Positions 62,454 to 64,000 of a DNA stretch of 64,000 bases are shown here, in pieces; positions within the stretch are counted from its first letter, which is position 1, and each line of letters opens with the position of its first letter. The DNA lies in NCBI GenBank assembly GCA_016938135.1, contig JAFGVD010000019.1:9831-73830 (forward strand). The letters run 5' to 3'. The notes beneath the pieces were generated by a model that was not told where the DNA came from, made no database searches, and was given only the letters and a program-made list of their open reading frames with translations. A program made the translations under genes and the position numbers. The stretch comes from Coriobacteriia bacterium. Its GTDB lineage: Bacteria > Actinomycetota > Coriobacteriia > Anaerosomatales > Anaerosomataceae.

Positions 62454-64000
62454 TCACACGATGACGCGTACGATCTCCTCCACCGAAGTAATCCCCAGTC
62501 GGACCTTCTCCAGCCCGTCTTGTTTGAGAGTCAACATACCCTGCTCGACCGCAACGGCCTTTATCTCCTCGGCAGTGGCCTCTTTCACCGTGAGGTCACC
62601 GATCTCCTCACTGAGCAACATGACCTCGTGAACGCCGATCCGTCCCCGGTAGCCCGTGCCGCCGCACTTCTTGCAGCCCCCCGGCTTGTACAGCACTTCC
62701 GGAAGGTTATCCTCCGAGAAGCCCGCGTCAAGCAACACCTGTCGCTCCGGCGTGTACTCGACCTTGCAGTCACCACATAGTTTACGCGCAAGACGCTGTG
62801 CAAGCACGCAGTCCAACGCGGAGGCGACCAAGAACGGCTCAACTCCCATCTCTGTGAGGCGGGTGATGGCTCCCGCAGCGTCGTTGGTGTGGAGCGTGGA
62901 AAGCACAAGGTGACCCGTGAGCGCTGATTCGATGGCGATCTTAGCGGTCTCCTGGTCTCGCACCTCACCCACGAGGATGATGTCAGGCGAACACCGCAGA
63001 AACGACCTCAGTGCACGGGCGAAGGTCAGACCCGCCTTCGCGTTGGTCTGTATCTGGTTCACGCCGGGAAGCCGGTACTCCACGGGATCCTCAGCCGTGA
63101 TGATGTGTTTCAGCGGCTCGTTCAACACGTTTATGGCGCCGTAGAGCGTCGTGGACTTACCGGAGCCCGTTGGTCCCGTCACCAAGATGGCGCCGTACGG
63201 CTTACGGAACGAGGATTCAAAACGACTGAGAGAGCCGGGCAGGAAGCCCAGGTCTTCAAGCCGGAGCATGATGCTGTCTTTGCGCAGGATTCGCAGTACG
63301 ATCCGCTCACCATAGACCGTAGGCAGAGTCGAGACACGGAAGTCCAGTTTGTGGCCCGATACCGTCAGCGCGGTATGCCCGTCTTGAGGCTTGCGCGTCT
63401 CGGCGATGTCCATGTCGGACATGATCTTGAAGCGACTGATGATCGCTTGCTGCGTCGTCTTGGGGCTACGCATGACCTCATGCAGCACGCCGTCGACACG
63501 GAACCTGACGCGCAGGTCCTTCTCTTGTGGCTCGATATGGATGTCACTAGCGCGGTCGGAGACCGCCTTGTTGATGATGTAGTTCACGAGTTTGACGATA
63601 GGCGCTTCATCGGAAACGCCTACCAGGGAGTCAAGATCCGGCGCTTCGACCTCATCCTTGCCGAGAAAGTCCGTGTCAACATGTTCGGCGACCTTGTAGA
63701 AGTCCTCGATCGCCGCAACGATAGCGTCTTTTGTGGAGATGGCCGGACGGATCTCATAGCCCGTGATGATCCGAAGGTCATCAAGCGCGAGGACGTTCTG
63801 GGGATCGGCCATCGCGACGATGAGATGGTTCTCCGCATCGATCTCCACGGGCATCAGCGTGTAGCGATTGGCCAATTCACGCGGGACTATGGAAATAGCA
63901 TGAGGATCGGGGGTCTTCTCGGAGAAATCGATGTACGGAATCCCGATCTGTCGCGCCATCACAGAGAGTATCGCGCCCTGAGTGGCGTAGCTAAGATCGA
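62454..64000 (-). CDS. pilB: Type IV pilus extension ATPase PilB (GspE family), N-terminus beyond the window end
   Basis: Walker A GPTGSGKSTTLY. Tetracysteine motif CGDCKVEY...CKKCGGTGYRGR. N-terminal GspE-N-like repeat. The frame stays open upstream of the ORF-track start (..DLSYATQGAILSVMARQIGIPYIDF), so the gene probably continues past 64000. Confidence 0.92.
   Translation of the reverse strand, partial: DLSYATQGAILSVMARQIGIPYIDFSEKTPDPHAISIVPRELANRYTLMPVEIDAENHLIVAMADPQNVLALDDLRIITGYEIRPAISTKDAIVAAIEDFYKVAEHVDTDFLGKDEVEAPDLDSLVGVSDEAPIVKLVNYIINKAVSDRASDIHIEPQEKDLRVRFRVDGVLHEVMRSPKTTQQAIISRFKIMSDMDIAETRKPQDGHTALTVSGHKLDFRVSTLPTVYGERIVLRILRKDSIMLRLEDLGFLPGSLSRFESSFRKPYGAILVTGPTGSGKSTTLYGAINVLNEPLKHIITAEDPVEYRLPGVNQIQTNAKAGLTFARALRSFLRCSPDIILVGEVRDQETAKIAIESALTGHLVLSTLHTNDAAGAITRLTEMGVEPFLVASALDCVLAQRLARKLCGDCKVEYTPERQVLLDAGFSEDNLPEVLYKPGGCKKCGGTGYRGRIGVHEVMLLSEEIGDLTVKEATAEEIKAVAVEQGMLTLKQDGLEKVRLGITSVEEIVRVIV

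Noticed and set aside
1-64000. Window-wide look for rRNA/tRNA genes, CRISPR repeats, transposases or IS ends, prophage genes, toxin-antitoxin pairs and known defence-system signatures (nucleases, helicases, STAND ATPases, reverse transcriptases, methyltransferase-restriction pairs)
   Set aside because: None was seen. Every ORF of 100 aa or more that is not an antisense or off-frame shadow is assigned to a housekeeping, envelope, transport or pilus function, and non-coding gaps are at most about 335 nt. This was a by-eye survey, so short structured RNAs could have been missed.

Overview
GC-rich bacterial chromosome segment, almost fully coding and mostly on the minus strand. Gene order looks actinobacterial. 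There is no ftsA between ftsQ and ftsZ. The orders tlyA-nadK-recN-steA-steB ... pyrG ... xerD and aroC-aroK/B-aroQ-pepQ-efp-nusB match Mycobacterium as I recall it. The Bacillus-type linkage accC-asp23-nusB-xseB-dxs-tlyA-recN is also kept. Contents: (1) a complete dcw cluster, mraZ to ftsZ (1-15666, minus), with a readable promoter and MraZ operator. (2) An unannotated 54-aa hydrophobic ORF with its own promoter, SD and terminator, then a DUF4349-type lipoprotein and a BMP-family (nucleoside-type) ABC importer. (3) xerD, ald, and a tight pyrG / M20 peptidase / DUF3866-like operon. (4) A four-gene envelope module inserted between pyrG and steB: an MraY/WecA-like phosphotransferase, a large alkaline-phosphatase-like polytopic protein, MurJ and a GT2. 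(5) A housekeeping block: steAB, recN, nadK, tlyA, dxs, xseB, nusB, asp23, biotin carboxylase plus a 5S-carboxyltransferase/BCCP fusion, efp, pepP, aroQ, aroK-aroB fusion, aroC. (6) A complete type IVa pilus cluster (51.6 kb to the window end; pilB runs off the edge): pilB, pilT, pilC, pilA, pilD, three minor or modular pilins, pilM/N/O and a PilP-like gene. I saw no rRNA, tRNA, CRISPR array, transposase, prophage or recognisable defence or toxin-antitoxin genes. Most of the window is ordinary core genome, and I found no clearly novel system. The best second-look candidates are the envelope module at 28.8-34.7 kb, the pilus cluster with its oversized pilins and secretin-less PilP-like gene, the small ORF divergent from mraZ, and a 12-mer shared by the mraZ and ftsZ promoter regions. 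All product calls rest on motif reading and synteny from memory; no searches were run.
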